Source: Terriglobia bacterium | GTDB lineage: Bacteria; Acidobacteriota; Terriglobia; 20CM-2-55-15 | Reading direction: 5' to 3' | NCBI GenBank assembly: GCA_963664115.2 | Contig: CAXWPJ010000002.1 | Coordinates: forward strand, 352,001-416,000 | Length of the DNA: 64,000 bases | In this document: in pieces, positions 30,705 to 40,803 of the stretch | Numbering within the stretch: position 1 is the first letter of the stretch | Layout of the letters: each line of letters starts with the position of its first letter | Made by a program: the position numbers and the translations under genes | Notes under the pieces: generated by a model | Told to the model about the DNA's origin: nothing | Seen by the model: the letters and a program-made list of their open reading frames with translations, nothing else | Database searches by the model: none

Positions 30705-31613
30705 CTATTTTCTAATTATTTTCTTGATGTCTCCGGGTGCGTTGGAATCCGCCAGATACAGGTCACCGGTGCCCGCGTCCCATACGATGTTGTGTGGCCG
30801 GGCTTCCAGGCCTGCGATCCATTCGACGACCTCTCCATCCCGCACGATTGTGATGTTCGCGTCGTCGCTTTCCGAAATGTAAACGGTGCCATCCCCCCCA
30901 ACCGTTATTCCCGAGGGATGCAACAGACCGGTGATTCTGGGCCACTCTTCGACGAAGCGTCCGTTCTGGTCGAATATCTGAATACGCGGGTTGTGCGCTT
31001 CCTCCTGGCGGTCCACGACGAGCAATCGGCCTTCCGTGTCCAGCGCAAGCGCGTGTGCTCCCGAGAATTCTCCCGGTCCGGTGCCCTCAACGCCGCCAAT
31101 GATCTTGACGAAGCTTCCATCGCTCGCAAAATGTACGATGCGAGCGTTGCCGTCCAGGACGAAGATGTCGCCGTTGGGCGCGACGGCGACGTCGCCGGGT
31201 CCATCAAAGGCATCCGTCGAGTCCTTGTCGCCGGTCACACCTTTTGTTCCCAGCGACATCAGCGGCCGACCGTCCATGGTGAATTTGTGGACCATGTTGT
31301 TCGTTCTGTCCGTAATCCAGACAGAACCCTCATGGTCGACATCGATGCTGTGGTTGTTTGGAAACAGACCGTCTCCCCAGCTATCCAGGAGTTCTCCATT
31401 GCGATCGAAAACGAGAACCGGCGGATCCGCCCTCCGGAGCGCAAGAATGGATCCCTGGCCGTCGGCAGCGACCGAGATCGTGTCGCCGCTCCACGCCCCT
31501 CCCCCGGGAGGTGAGCCGAAGGTCGCTACTTCGTAACTACTGTTCGTGGTCTGTGCGGAGGCGGCTCCGGCAAAAGCTAAGACCACGCAAACTACACAGG
31601 CATATGTTTTCAT
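30705..31613 (-). CDS. Exported NHL-repeat PAL-like protein
   Basis: NHSIDVD, LDGNAR (no Tyr), GAHAL, RPHNI. Confidence 0.85.
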   Translation of the reverse strand: MKTYACVVCVVLAFAGAASAQTTNSSYEVATFGSPPGGGAWSGDTISVAADGQGSILALRRADPPVLVFDRNGELLDSWGDGLFPNNHSIDVDHEGSVWITDRTNNMVHKFTMDGRPLMSLGTKGVTGDKDSTDAFDGPGDVAVAPNGDIFVLDGNARIVHFASDGSFVKIIGGVEGTGPGEFSGAHALALDTEGRLLVVDRQEEAHNPRIQIFDQNGRFVEEWPRITGLLHPSGITVGGDGTVYISESDDANITIVRDGEVVEWIAGLEARPHNIVWDAGTGDLYLADSNAPGDIKKIIRK

Positions 31614-31883
31614 GGAAAACCTCGTCCAGTTTTGACGTTGCGTTAACAAAATCTTGCACCCGTTCGATCCTGTTACCTAAGGAAAATGTTTAAATATTGC
31701 AACCGGGCCGGTTTGAGGCCGCAACCCGCAAGAGGCCACTTTATCAGAAGACGTATTTCAGTGCGAACTGCGTTGTGAGGCCTTAAATCAGTGATCGGGC
31801 GCGCGTCGAGTCATCCCCGGTGCGTGTGGGTCGCAATTTGCGGGCAGGAGGATGGGCACAGGAGTAGGCGGGTTGCGTTCCGC

Positions 31884-31913
31884 TTGACAAGCGCCTCTGC
31901 CGACAAATACTAT
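31884..31913 (+). promoter_or_regulatory. sigma70-like promoter TTGACA-N18-TACTAT
   Basis: Upstream of the DUF6152 operon; leader resembles 933-1040. Confidence 0.55.
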
Positions 31914-32024
31914 CGCGGTTAACATAAAAGAACTGATAGACTTATAGCATTGGCGGCTTGTCGCTAAGCCGGCTCACGCGAGGACACACGAACTTTAGGG
32001 ACCAGGACTTTCAAGGGGGAATCG

Positions 32025-32426
32025 ATGAAGAAGTTACTGACAGTTTTCGGATTAGTTATGGGCCTCTCAATAGCCGCCGGACCGCTCGCGGCGCATCACG
32101 GCCGTGGCGACGCATATGACATGCAGAACCCGATCACATTAGCAGGCACCGTAACGGAAGTCCGGTGGGCCAATCCCCATGTGGTCGTCTTCATGGATGT
32201 GGAAGGCGACAACGGTGAAGTCGTCAACTGGGGCTTTGAAAACAGCAATGTAAGTACCCTGGCCAGGCAGGGCTACAACAGACGTACACTGCGCGTCGGC
32301 CAGAAAATTACAGCCGAAGTGAACCCCTCGCGTCAGGGCGCCCCGGTGGGGATCGTGGTGGCGGTGATTCTCGAAGACGGCACGGAAATCATGTCCCGCA
32401 GGCGGGGTGAAAATCCCGTCGACTAG
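32025..32426 (+). CDS. DUF6152-like exported protein (His-His N-terminus)
   Basis: LAA|HHGRG, WANPHV, NSNVSTLARQGY. Confidence 0.78.
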   Translation: MKKLLTVFGLVMGLSIAAGPLAAHHGRGDAYDMQNPITLAGTVTEVRWANPHVVVFMDVEGDNGEVVNWGFENSNVSTLARQGYNRRTLRVGQKITAEVNPSRQGAPVGIVVAVILEDGTEIMSRRRGENPVD

Positions 32427-32485
32427 TTTTCCAGTCGAGAATATCCAACACGCGAATCTGAAGAATTGGGTTAGGAGATTCAGGA

Positions 32486-33340
32486 ATGAGATCGCATCTC
32501 GTCGTTTGGGCAACTTCCCTGCTGGCGGCATGTTTTTTGTCATGGACAGGCCTCGCAGGGGCGGCTCAGGGGCCGACCGCATTTGATCCACAGGATCTCT
32601 CCGGATTCTGGCATATTACGGATGGTCATCGCACGATCAGTGCAGATGTCCCTCCTATGACACCTGCGGGCGAAGCACAGCTCGATACCAGCAGACCGAC
32701 GCGTGGACGCTTTGCAGGTGAACCGCTTAACGGAGAACACCGTGGATTTGTCCGTGCCGTTAGGCGGCCCGGGGACGGGAACGATCCCACCCACCAATGC
32801 AATCCGAATGGCTTTCCCCGACTCATCCTCGATCCTGAACCCGTTGAATTCATTCAGTTTGAGGACCGTTTGGTGCAACTGTTCCAGTGGGAACACACCT
32901 TGCGCGAAATCTGGACGGACGGTCGTGACGTACCTTCCGGTGAGAACCTCGATTTTCTTGGACCCGCATGGTATGGACACTCAGTGGGCGAATGGCAGGG
33001 AGATACATTTGTCGTTCAAACAGTCGGTCTTGATGACAGAACGTGGATGGATATATTCGGTTTTCAGAAAAGCATTGACGCGCGCTTTGAGGAACGCTAC
33101 CGGAGGACCGCCGTTGACACCATAGAGTATGAAATGACGCTCTTTGACCCCACGTTCTACACCACCCCCTGGGTATCGGACACGAAAGTCTTCAGCCGAA
33201 TCCCGCGCGACCAGCTGACTTATTATGGATGGTTCGGCTTGTTCGGAGGAATAACGGAGGCGACTTGCGCACCGATGAACGAAGTCGACAACTTCAACAG
33301 CAGAGTTCGTGATCCGGCAAGCTTCGGAGTTGGAAATTGA
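32486..33340 (+). CDS. Exported uncharacterised protein, DUF6152-partner family
   Basis: DPQDLSGFW, NDPTHQCNPNGFPR, WYGHSVGEWQGDT, GITEATCAP. Confidence 0.8.
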   Translation: MRSHLVVWATSLLAACFLSWTGLAGAAQGPTAFDPQDLSGFWHITDGHRTISADVPPMTPAGEAQLDTSRPTRGRFAGEPLNGEHRGFVRAVRRPGDGNDPTHQCNPNGFPRLILDPEPVEFIQFEDRLVQLFQWEHTLREIWTDGRDVPSGENLDFLGPAWYGHSVGEWQGDTFVVQTVGLDDRTWMDIFGFQKSIDARFEERYRRTAVDTIEYEMTLFDPTFYTTPWVSDTKVFSRIPRDQLTYYGWFGLFGGITEATCAPMNEVDNFNSRVRDPASFGVGN

Positions 33341-33459
33341 TTTAAGAACGGGGCTTCGATTGGTGCCGGGATAGCTCCGTGCCCCCAAACGCGCAGGGCA
33401 AGTTCAAGAACTCGCATCCGTCCATCTTTACATTCTTCGGCCTTTACTTTCTTCGGCGG

Positions 33460-34296
33460 TTACGTGTCCGCAGACTTCTCACGGCAGTACAGCCGGTCAA
33501 GCACCCACGGCCCCCCACCAACCGCGGATAGATACAGAAACACGAAGCAAAAAAGAATCACGTCTTCGCCCAGATTGAGTATGGGCCAGAACGTTCGGGG
33601 CTGATGGCTATAGAAGTAAGCGATGGCCATCTCCCCGGAAAACATGAATGCCAGCGGCCGGGTCACCAGTCCCAGCAAGAAGAACGGGGCAGCGAAGACC
33701 TCAATCAGATGGCCATATGTCTGGAACCGTGAGTAGTCCGGACCTCCGAAGGGCTCTTCTCCAGCCGGCCACGGCCAGCCGATCATGTCCTCAGTTCCAT
33801 GAGGGATGAACACTAAGACAATAGCGATCCTCAACACGCTCAGGAGTTGAGGTTCCCAGTTGGTAAGGTAGCCGACCGGTTCTCCAACACCTCGCCACTT
33901 CGCATCCAGACTCCAGGGGCCACCCCCGGCGGCCGCCAGATAAAGAAAGATGAAACCATACAAAAACCACAGGTCGCCACCGTTGAAGTTCGGCAAAATG
34001 TGTTCGCTGGCGTGATTCACGAGGTAGACCAGGGCCATTTCACACGAAAGGATGAAAGCGACCGGTCGCGTAAAGACCCCGACAAGCACAGCCAGGCCAC
34101 CAAAGGTTTCGAGAATTCCAGTCAGCCCCGCCCACGAAAACAGCTCGAATGCGGCGAGATCGTCGGCCATCGGATAACCCAGCAGTTTCTGAGTTCCATG
34201 CGCCATGAAAAGGAACGCGGTGATGATCCTCAAAAGACTCAGAAAATACGGACGCCAACCGACGAGCAGTTTGTCCAATTTCTCAAGATTTGACAT
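33460..34296 (-). CDS. Tandem double DoxX-family membrane protein
   Basis: Two repeats of LSxLRI...HGTxx...TRPxAF.hSxEMA...GGGPWxLD. Confidence 0.85.
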   Translation of the reverse strand: MSNLEKLDKLLVGWRPYFLSLLRIITAFLFMAHGTQKLLGYPMADDLAAFELFSWAGLTGILETFGGLAVLVGVFTRPVAFILSCEMALVYLVNHASEHILPNFNGGDLWFLYGFIFLYLAAAGGGPWSLDAKWRGVGEPVGYLTNWEPQLLSVLRIAIVLVFIPHGTEDMIGWPWPAGEEPFGGPDYSRFQTYGHLIEVFAAPFFLLGLVTRPLAFMFSGEMAIAYFYSHQPRTFWPILNLGEDVILFCFVFLYLSAVGGGPWVLDRLYCREKSADT

Positions 34297-34444
34297 GATG
34301 AAAACGGACCATAACACAGCGTCCCCCAGCCGGCAGTGCATTTCCGACGCAAGAACTTTGGGACTGAAGTTGTCAGGAGATTTATTGACGGATCGAAGGA
34401 GCGCAAAGCGCCAGTCAAGGCCCAACCCGGGGCAAAGAATTGAT

Positions 34445-34474
34445 TTGACAAGCTCAATCCGGGCCATCTAACAT
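34445..34474 (+). promoter_or_regulatory. sigma70-like promoter TTGACA-N18-TAACAT
   Basis: TTGACAAGC start as at 933 and 31884. Confidence 0.45.
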
Positions 34475-34568
34475 CCTCGTATCACTGTATGATGGCACGC
34501 GACCGTGGTTGTGTGCGGAGAGCGAAGGCGAGCCGAGCTTTGACATCAGATTCCAGAAGGAGACTTAT

Positions 34569-35000
34569 ATGAAACGCATTTTGACACCATTGCTGGTCGC
34601 TACTGTCGTGATGGTTGCGACTAGCACCGGCAATCTCTTCGCCGCCCATCACGGGAGGGGCGAGACCTACATATCGGGCATGACAAAAGAAATTCAGGGC
34701 ACCGTAAAAGAGGTGCTGTGGCGTAATCCTCACGTCGCAATCCTGATCGACGTGACCGATGAGACTGGTGAGGTGACGACCTGGACGATCGAACACAGCA
34801 ACGTCAGCACCTTGGCCAGACTGGGCTACGGCCGGCTAACCCTGAAACCCGGAATGGACGTGACAGCCGTCATCTTTCCGGGAACCATGGACCGTCCGAT
34901 CGGGCTTTGCAGCAGGATTATTCTTGAAGACGGCACGCAGGTCTTCATGCGCGGTGGAAACGACTCCGACCGCTACAATCCGCTTACAGACTTCGATTAG
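34569..35000 (+). CDS. DUF6152-like exported protein (His-His N-terminus)
   Basis: FAA|HHGRG, WRNPHV, HSNVSTLARLGY. Confidence 0.78.
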   Translation: MKRILTPLLVATVVMVATSTGNLFAAHHGRGETYISGMTKEIQGTVKEVLWRNPHVAILIDVTDETGEVTTWTIEHSNVSTLARLGYGRLTLKPGMDVTAVIFPGTMDRPIGLCSRIILEDGTQVFMRGGNDSDRYNPLTDFD

Positions 35001-35062
35001 ACGCGTGCTGCATCGAAAGTCGAAGTGCGAAACTCTAGCTTAAGTAAGGTGAGGAATTCCTA

Positions 35063-35953
35063 ATGCGAAATCGTTTCATAAGTTCAGTAGTTGCTTTAGT
35101 CGTGCTCTCGTTCGCCTTCACGACGGTCGCCGAAATCGCGGCGGCCGCTGCGCAACGTCCCATCCTGTATCCGATCAATGGTAAGCCCCGGGAGTATTTC
35201 GAACTCGTAGACTACGACACAACATATAACCCGCGTGACTTCTCAGGAATCTGGTTCCGGGTCGGCGGGGCGCGGGGTCACGGCCCCGAATTGCAGCACC
35301 CGGATTTGACGCCGGAAGGTTGGGAGCGAATGAAGACGCATCATCCTTCCCGAACCTACCTGCCGGACGTCGTACCGGCAACCACGGATCCGACCGCTGC
35401 CAACTATCCCGCTCTGACGTGCAATCCTAAGGGTTTTCCATCGATCGTCGTCGACGATAACCATGATCATCACGAAGTTGTTCAGCTACCGACACGGATT
35501 CTGCAGCTCTGGCAAGAGGAACGCATGCCGCGCGAGATCTGGTTGGACGGACGCGCACTCCCTGCGGGCGATGACTACGGGAACATCGGGGTGTCCTGGA
35601 TGGGGATGTCGGTGGGCCACTGGGAGGGCAACACGCTTGTCGTCGAGACTATAGGCCTCGATAACCGGGCGTGGCTCGATACCTTTGCTTTTCCGAAAAG
35701 CGACGAGTCACGGGTCGTAGAGCGGTACACGCTCACCGACCCCGAGACCCTGGAGCTGGAACAAATCCTGTATGACCCGGTCTACTACACCGAGCCCTGG
35801 ATTTCGGACATCAAGGTCTGGAGAAAAGAGGCCCGAGACGCCCGCCCGGTAAACAATTTTGGCTGGTACGGCTTGTTTTCGGGAATCAACGACCTGTTGT
35901 GTGCGCCGATGAATGGGGGCGGGCGAGCCTCCAACCCTTACGGCGGTGATTAA
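35063..35953 (+). CDS. Exported uncharacterised protein, DUF6152-partner family
   Basis: NPRDFSGIW, TCNPKGFP, DDNHDHHE insert, GHWEGNTLVVET, GWYGLFSGINDLLCAP. Confidence 0.8.
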   Translation: MRNRFISSVVALVVLSFAFTTVAEIAAAAAQRPILYPINGKPREYFELVDYDTTYNPRDFSGIWFRVGGARGHGPELQHPDLTPEGWERMKTHHPSRTYLPDVVPATTDPTAANYPALTCNPKGFPSIVVDDNHDHHEVVQLPTRILQLWQEERMPREIWLDGRALPAGDDYGNIGVSWMGMSVGHWEGNTLVVETIGLDNRAWLDTFAFPKSDESRVVERYTLTDPETLELEQILYDPVYYTEPWISDIKVWRKEARDARPVNNFGWYGLFSGINDLLCAPMNGGGRASNPYGGD

Positions 35954-35995
35954 GTTTCAGCAGGCACACTGTCAGATTCAAAGATGCTATTAAAA

Positions 35996-36014
35996 GGGGG
36001 CCGCGCCGGCCCCC
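35996..36014. terminator. GC hairpin
   Basis: GGGGGCCG-CGC-CGGCCCCC. Confidence 0.45.
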
Positions 36015-36081
36015 AATACCAAGCACCAGCATCTCTCTAAATGTTTTCTGATGACAACAATAGTTTCAAGGAGTCAGTAGT

Positions 36082-36987
36082 ATGGAGCAACAGAAAGTGG
36101 AAAGGATGAAGGCGACAGACTTCCCGAAGGAAGTTCTGAGCCTATATGACCGCTACGTCCATGGCATGATCGACCGGCGGGCATTTCTGGATGGGGCTTC
36201 GAAGTTCACCCTGGGTGGGCTGACTGCGGCGGGGATGCTGACGGCGTTGAGCCCGAATTATGCCCATGCCCAGCAGGTCGCCCCCGACGATCCGAGCATC
36301 CGAACCGAGTACGTCACTGTCCAATCACCGGACGGTCATGGAATTATCCGCAGCTACTTAGCACGACCGGCCAGAGTGACGGCCAAACTGCCCGGCGTCC
36401 TTGTGGTCCATGAAAACCGTGGCCTCAATCCATACATCGAAGATGTGGCGCGGCGGCTCGCAGCCGCGAACTTCGTCGCACTCGCTCCCGACGGTCTGAC
36501 CTCTCTGGGGGGTTACCCGGGAACTGACGAGGTCGGGGTCGAAATGCAGCGTACACTGGACCGCGATATGTTGCTTCAGGACTTTATTTCGGGCGTAAGA
36601 TTTGTCCGGGAGCATTCCGAATGCAACGGCAAGGTGGGCGCAGTAGGCTTCTGCTTCGGCGGAGGCATCGTCAACCAACTGGCGGTCAAGGTGCCGTATC
36701 TGGTTGCCGGCGTGCCTTACTACGGTGGCCAGCCAACGGCGGACGACACCCGCAGGATCCAGGCGACTCTCATGATTAACTATGCGAGCATGGACGAGCG
36801 CATTAACGCGGGTTGGCCAGCCTATGAAGCCGCTTTGAATGCCAACGGCAAAGACTTCACCATGCATATGTACGACAACACCATGCACGGCTTCCACAAC
36901 GACACCACGCCCCGCTATGATGAAGCCGCGGCCAACCTCTCCTGGAACCGGACCCTCGCGTTCTTTAACGAGAACCTGCGTTCCTAG
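36082..36987 (+). CDS. Dienelactone hydrolase family (YghX-like)
   Basis: YDRYVHG.IDRRAFL, HENRGLNP, GFCFGG, HGFHNDTTPRYD. Confidence 0.9.
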   Translation: MEQQKVERMKATDFPKEVLSLYDRYVHGMIDRRAFLDGASKFTLGGLTAAGMLTALSPNYAHAQQVAPDDPSIRTEYVTVQSPDGHGIIRSYLARPARVTAKLPGVLVVHENRGLNPYIEDVARRLAAANFVALAPDGLTSLGGYPGTDEVGVEMQRTLDRDMLLQDFISGVRFVREHSECNGKVGAVGFCFGGGIVNQLAVKVPYLVAGVPYYGGQPTADDTRRIQATLMINYASMDERINAGWPAYEAALNANGKDFTMHMYDNTMHGFHNDTTPRYDEAAANLSWNRTLAFFNENLRS

Positions 36988-37005
36988 CCAATCTGCACTT
37001 CTCCT

Positions 37006-37036
37006 GAGGTCGCCTGTATTAAATCCAGGCGACCTC
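37006..37036. terminator. Hairpin between convergent genes
   Basis: GAGGTCGCCTG...CAGGCGACCTC, 11-bp stem. Confidence 0.55.
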
Positions 37037-37101
37037 GCACAGAAATCCTCCCCCGGGCCCTCTTGGGACAAATCCCCGCCCCCAGCAGGACATGGGGCGG
37101 A

Positions 37102-38253
37102 CTACTCAAGGCTGTTGGGCTCTTCGGCGGGCGCTGGCCTGCGGAACCTCGCATCATCAATCTGGACGTTCGGCTCAATCTCGGTCAGCCGGATGATGGA
37201 CTCTCCGTTGGTCCACCGCAGGTCTAACTGGAACGGCATCTGGACTCCGGAAACATCGCGATAGTCCGAGTAGTTGAACTCGGTGGGAATCGTACCCACG
37301 GCTGTTTCAGTCCAACGAACGAAGCGGACCAGGAGGCCGGATTCGTCAAAGTACAGATTGACAGGAAGCTCTCCGGGATTGGTTCCCTGAACGACCAGGA
37401 CTTCGACATCGTCGATCCCTGTGTAGTTAACACGCCAGGATCTGAACGCTGCCTGAACCTGCGTGGGGAAAGCCAGAAGCGCTTCCAGTCTGGAGCCGTC
37501 CAGATTCCCCCCTGTTAACCGCATCAATGGCACCGGCCTGTCCGCGGATGAGATCCAGGCCTCACTGCCGTCGTAGGTCTTGACGCTGTTGCCGTAGAAA
37601 CCCTCGATGATCGTGGCATAACGGTCGGGCGCTCTCGCATACAATTCCACGGGAACTTCCGCGAAATCTGTGTCATAACCCGCGTAACTCCCCTTGGCGA
37701 CGTAGCTGGTGATGTCGTTCACTGCTGCCTCACCACCGAGGGCTTCGATGTAGGCGTCAAAAACTTCGTCTATTGAAGGCGTCCCGAAGCCCGGAAAAAC
37801 GTCATATGCATTGGGATCTTCGGGAGGCGTGCCGTACTGCACGCTGAGGCTGGCCACGGCTTTGGGCGTTTCGTCACCGCGATGGCAGGTAAAGCAGGTC
37901 ACATTGCGCACGCCACCAAAGTTGTCCCTGTTGATGGCGTTCACCATCGCGATCATACTGCGCGTCGTCCGCTTCTTCGGAGTCTCCTCTCCGAAACCGG
38001 CCCAGGTGTCCATGCTGTTCGCAGTATGACAGTCTGTGCAGTTCAAGTTCAGGGCGTTGGAAAACATACCCATCGTGTCCATGAATTCGTCCACCGGGAT
38101 GTCACCGAGAGCCGGAACGTTGATGAAAACATCCTCCGCCAGCTGCGGGTTATCTTCGGTCCCGACCTGAGCGTTCAGCAGTGTCGTTCCCAGCAGGCAC
38201 AGGACGACGGGCGCCACAGCGCCGACAATCGTCCGTTTCCATTTGAAATTCAT
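37102..38253 (-). CDS. Diheme cytochrome c (PufC-like N-domain) fused to a beta-rich C-terminal domain
   Basis: CTDCH and CFTCH, each preceded by a Met-containing helix; C-terminal YSDYRDVSGVQMPF...NVQIDDARF. Confidence 0.8.
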   Translation of the reverse strand: MNFKWKRTIVGAVAPVVLCLLGTTLLNAQVGTEDNPQLAEDVFINVPALGDIPVDEFMDTMGMFSNALNLNCTDCHTANSMDTWAGFGEETPKKRTTRSMIAMVNAINRDNFGGVRNVTCFTCHRGDETPKAVASLSVQYGTPPEDPNAYDVFPGFGTPSIDEVFDAYIEALGGEAAVNDITSYVAKGSYAGYDTDFAEVPVELYARAPDRYATIIEGFYGNSVKTYDGSEAWISSADRPVPLMRLTGGNLDGSRLEALLAFPTQVQAAFRSWRVNYTGIDDVEVLVVQGTNPGELPVNLYFDESGLLVRFVRWTETAVGTIPTEFNYSDYRDVSGVQMPFQLDLRWTNGESIIRLTEIEPNVQIDDARFRRPAPAEEPNSLE

Positions 38254-38466
38254 GTATTCTCCCTTCGTTGCGGTACGCAAAGCGTAAGGAACCGTCCCCG
38301 GAACGAGGCAGGTGTCCGTTGCCGGCACTTCATTCAACCGCTATATGTTATGTATTTCGATTTTCTTAAAGCTGAGCTGACAAGCAGTATACGCTGGCAC
38401 GCATCTCCAATCGCGCGTGCGCCCGGTTAAATCAACCGAAGCGAACGCGACCGTTGCCAAAGGCGG

Positions 38467-39381
38467 CTACCTCAGGTGGTCATCGAAAAAGCTGATCGTT
38501 CGTTGCCACGCGAGGTCCGCGGCGGCTTTGTTGTAGCGAGGGCCATCCGTATCGTTGTTGAAGGCGTGTTGCGCGCCCTCGTAAATATGCGCCGTGTAGT
38601 TCGTTCCGGCCGCATCGAGAGCGGTCTCGTAGGCCGGCCATCCCGCAATGAGGCGTTCGTCCAATCCCCCATACTGGAGCATCAAGGGAGTTTTGATCTT
38701 CGGAACGTCAGCGGCATCGGGTTGACCGCCATAGTAAGACACCGCGGCCTCAAGATCCGGCATCCGTACCGCCAGGGTGTTCACCATGCCTCCACCCCAA
38801 CAGAAGCCCATGATGCCAACCCTACCTGTCGTCAGCATATGTGTTCTCAAGAAATTCACGGCCGCAATGAAGTCCTGGATTCTCTGCTCGGGGTCAAGCT
38901 GAGCCATCAGCGCCTGAGCCGCAGCGCGTTCACCCGGATGTCCACCGAGAGGCGATAGGGCATCCGGCGCAAAGGCGATGAAATTCTCCAGAGCCACGCG
39001 TCGGGCGATGTCTTCGTGGTGTGCGTAGAGCCCCTGACCACCATGGATACACACAACACCGGGCAAGGGGCCCGAAGCGTTGGCCGGCCGTACCAGGTAG
39101 CCGCCCATGCCCTCGTGGCCCTCGGGGGAAGGATAGTGGACATACTCGACCTGAATTCGGGGGTCCTCCGGGGCGATCAATTGGCCCAGAGCATAGTTCG
39201 GAGTAAAAGCGTCAAGTATCGCGGCAGCGGTCAGACCACCGAGCGCAAGCTTCCCTACGCCGCTCATGAACTCGCGCCGATCGATGAAGCCGTGGACGTA
39301 ACGATCGACAAAACCCATGACCTCCGGAGAGAGATCGTCCGCTTTCAGTCCCGTAGGACTCCGCTTAACTTCACTTGCCAT
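38467..39381 (-). CDS. Dienelactone hydrolase family (YghX-like), second copy
   Basis: IDRREF, GFCWGG, HAFNND. Confidence 0.88.
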   Translation of the reverse strand: MASEVKRSPTGLKADDLSPEVMGFVDRYVHGFIDRREFMSGVGKLALGGLTAAAILDAFTPNYALGQLIAPEDPRIQVEYVHYPSPEGHEGMGGYLVRPANASGPLPGVVCIHGGQGLYAHHEDIARRVALENFIAFAPDALSPLGGHPGERAAAQALMAQLDPEQRIQDFIAAVNFLRTHMLTTGRVGIMGFCWGGGMVNTLAVRMPDLEAAVSYYGGQPDAADVPKIKTPLMLQYGGLDERLIAGWPAYETALDAAGTNYTAHIYEGAQHAFNNDTDGPRYNKAAADLAWQRTISFFDDHLR

Positions 39382-39561
39382 AAAAGCCTCCTGACCGCCT
39401 TTCGGCGACGCCCGTATTTCTCTTGAACCTCAACGCGGAGAGTACCACCGTTTCAACGATTATTGTATTCGCTTGTGATACCCATCGACCCGGGAAGCAA
39501 CCGTCGTCATGTCCGGTCGAAACCCTTGGATCTGAGTAAATTCTGCAGGCAGGAAATATCT

Positions 39562-39590
39562 TTGACAGGCACTGATGGGCCCTGTAGAGT
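39562..39590 (+). promoter_or_regulatory. sigma70-like promoter TTGACA-N17-TAGAGT
   Basis: ~30 bp upstream of ATG 39622, which has a GGAGG RBS. Confidence 0.5.
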
Positions 39591-39621
39591 TCATGGCCAC
39601 GAGTCTGACGGAGGTATTTTT

Positions 39622-40797
39622 ATGAAGTGTCCATTCTCACATTTGCGTTATTTCCTAACCCCGTTCCTTGCCCTCACCATCCTTGCATTCACCACCGCGT
39701 GCTCTCGGGCTGAGGCTCCCGAACTGGAGAGTCCGCCAGAAGAAGTGGGAGCGCTGGCGTTCGACACCACGCACTATCCGATTCGCCTTGTCACCATCGC
39801 CGAGGGCCTGTCGTTTCCCTATACTCTCGCGTTTCTGCCCGACGGTGACATTCTCGTGACCCTGATGAATGGCGAGGTGCGCATCATTCGCGATGGCGTG
39901 CTTGCGCCGGATCCAGTCGGCGTCGTACCCGATGTGCATTACCTCCCCGGGAGTGGAGGCCTGATGGACATCGCGCTCCATCCCGATTTCTCAGAAAACA
40001 ACCTGATCTATTTCACCTACAACAAGCCCGGTGAAGGGGGTTCCACCAACGCTCTCGCCCGCGGTACTTTCGACGGCACAGAATTGACCAACGTCACGGA
40101 TGTCTTCGTGTCCGACGCATGGGGCATGCGCGACGGGAACCTTAGCTCACGCATGGCCTTCGCTCCGGATTCCACCGTGTATATGGCCGTGAGTCACCAC
40201 GGCTTGCAGGATCGCGCACAAGAGCCCGGAGATCATTTGGGCAAGGTTCTGCGTCTCAACGACGAGGGATCCGCGCCAGAAGACAATCCGTTTGTGGGCC
40301 GGGCCGGATACCGCCCTGAGATCTTCACGTTTGGACATCGCAACCTTCACGGTGTCGCGATTCACCCCGAAACAGGCGAGCCCTGGACTCAGGAACACGG
40401 GGACGAGGTCAATCGCATCACGGCCGGTGCCAATTATGGCTGGCCCTACCTTGGCGTTGGCGGTGCCGGTGGTGGCCAGCCAATCGGCAACCCGCCTTCG
40501 GATGTCGAGTTCACAGCACCCTATATCGCAATGAGTACAGCTATGGGAACCCATGGCTTGATGTTCTATTCCGGCGACAGGTTTCCGGAATGGCAGGGCA
40601 ACATTTTCATCGGCGGCAGTCGCTCGCTGGGAATCCGACGATTCGAACTCGGCGAAGACGGGCCGGGCATCAGCGAAGATCTGTTCACAGACTTTCAGGA
40701 GATCCGGGACGTCCGCCAGGGACCGGACGGATTGATCTATTTCATTACGAATGGTGAAGCGGGTACCGTCATGCGAATCGAACCCGTCCAGAACTAA
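39622..40797 (+). CDS. PQQ-dependent sugar dehydrogenase lipoprotein
   Basis: Lipobox-like TTAC; GLMDIALHPDF, GHRN, RDVRQGPDGLIY; paralogue of 15681. Confidence 0.9.
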   Translation: MKCPFSHLRYFLTPFLALTILAFTTACSRAEAPELESPPEEVGALAFDTTHYPIRLVTIAEGLSFPYTLAFLPDGDILVTLMNGEVRIIRDGVLAPDPVGVVPDVHYLPGSGGLMDIALHPDFSENNLIYFTYNKPGEGGSTNALARGTFDGTELTNVTDVFVSDAWGMRDGNLSSRMAFAPDSTVYMAVSHHGLQDRAQEPGDHLGKVLRLNDEGSAPEDNPFVGRAGYRPEIFTFGHRNLHGVAIHPETGEPWTQEHGDEVNRITAGANYGWPYLGVGGAGGGQPIGNPPSDVEFTAPYIAMSTAMGTHGLMFYSGDRFPEWQGNIFIGGSRSLGIRRFELGEDGPGISEDLFTDFQEIRDVRQGPDGLIYFITNGEAGTVMRIEPVQN

Positions 40798-40803
40798 GGG
40801 AGC

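Noticed and set aside
37102-38253. Phototrophy suggested by the PufC-like cytochrome
   Set aside because: Only two hemes and no puf/bch/psc genes in the window.
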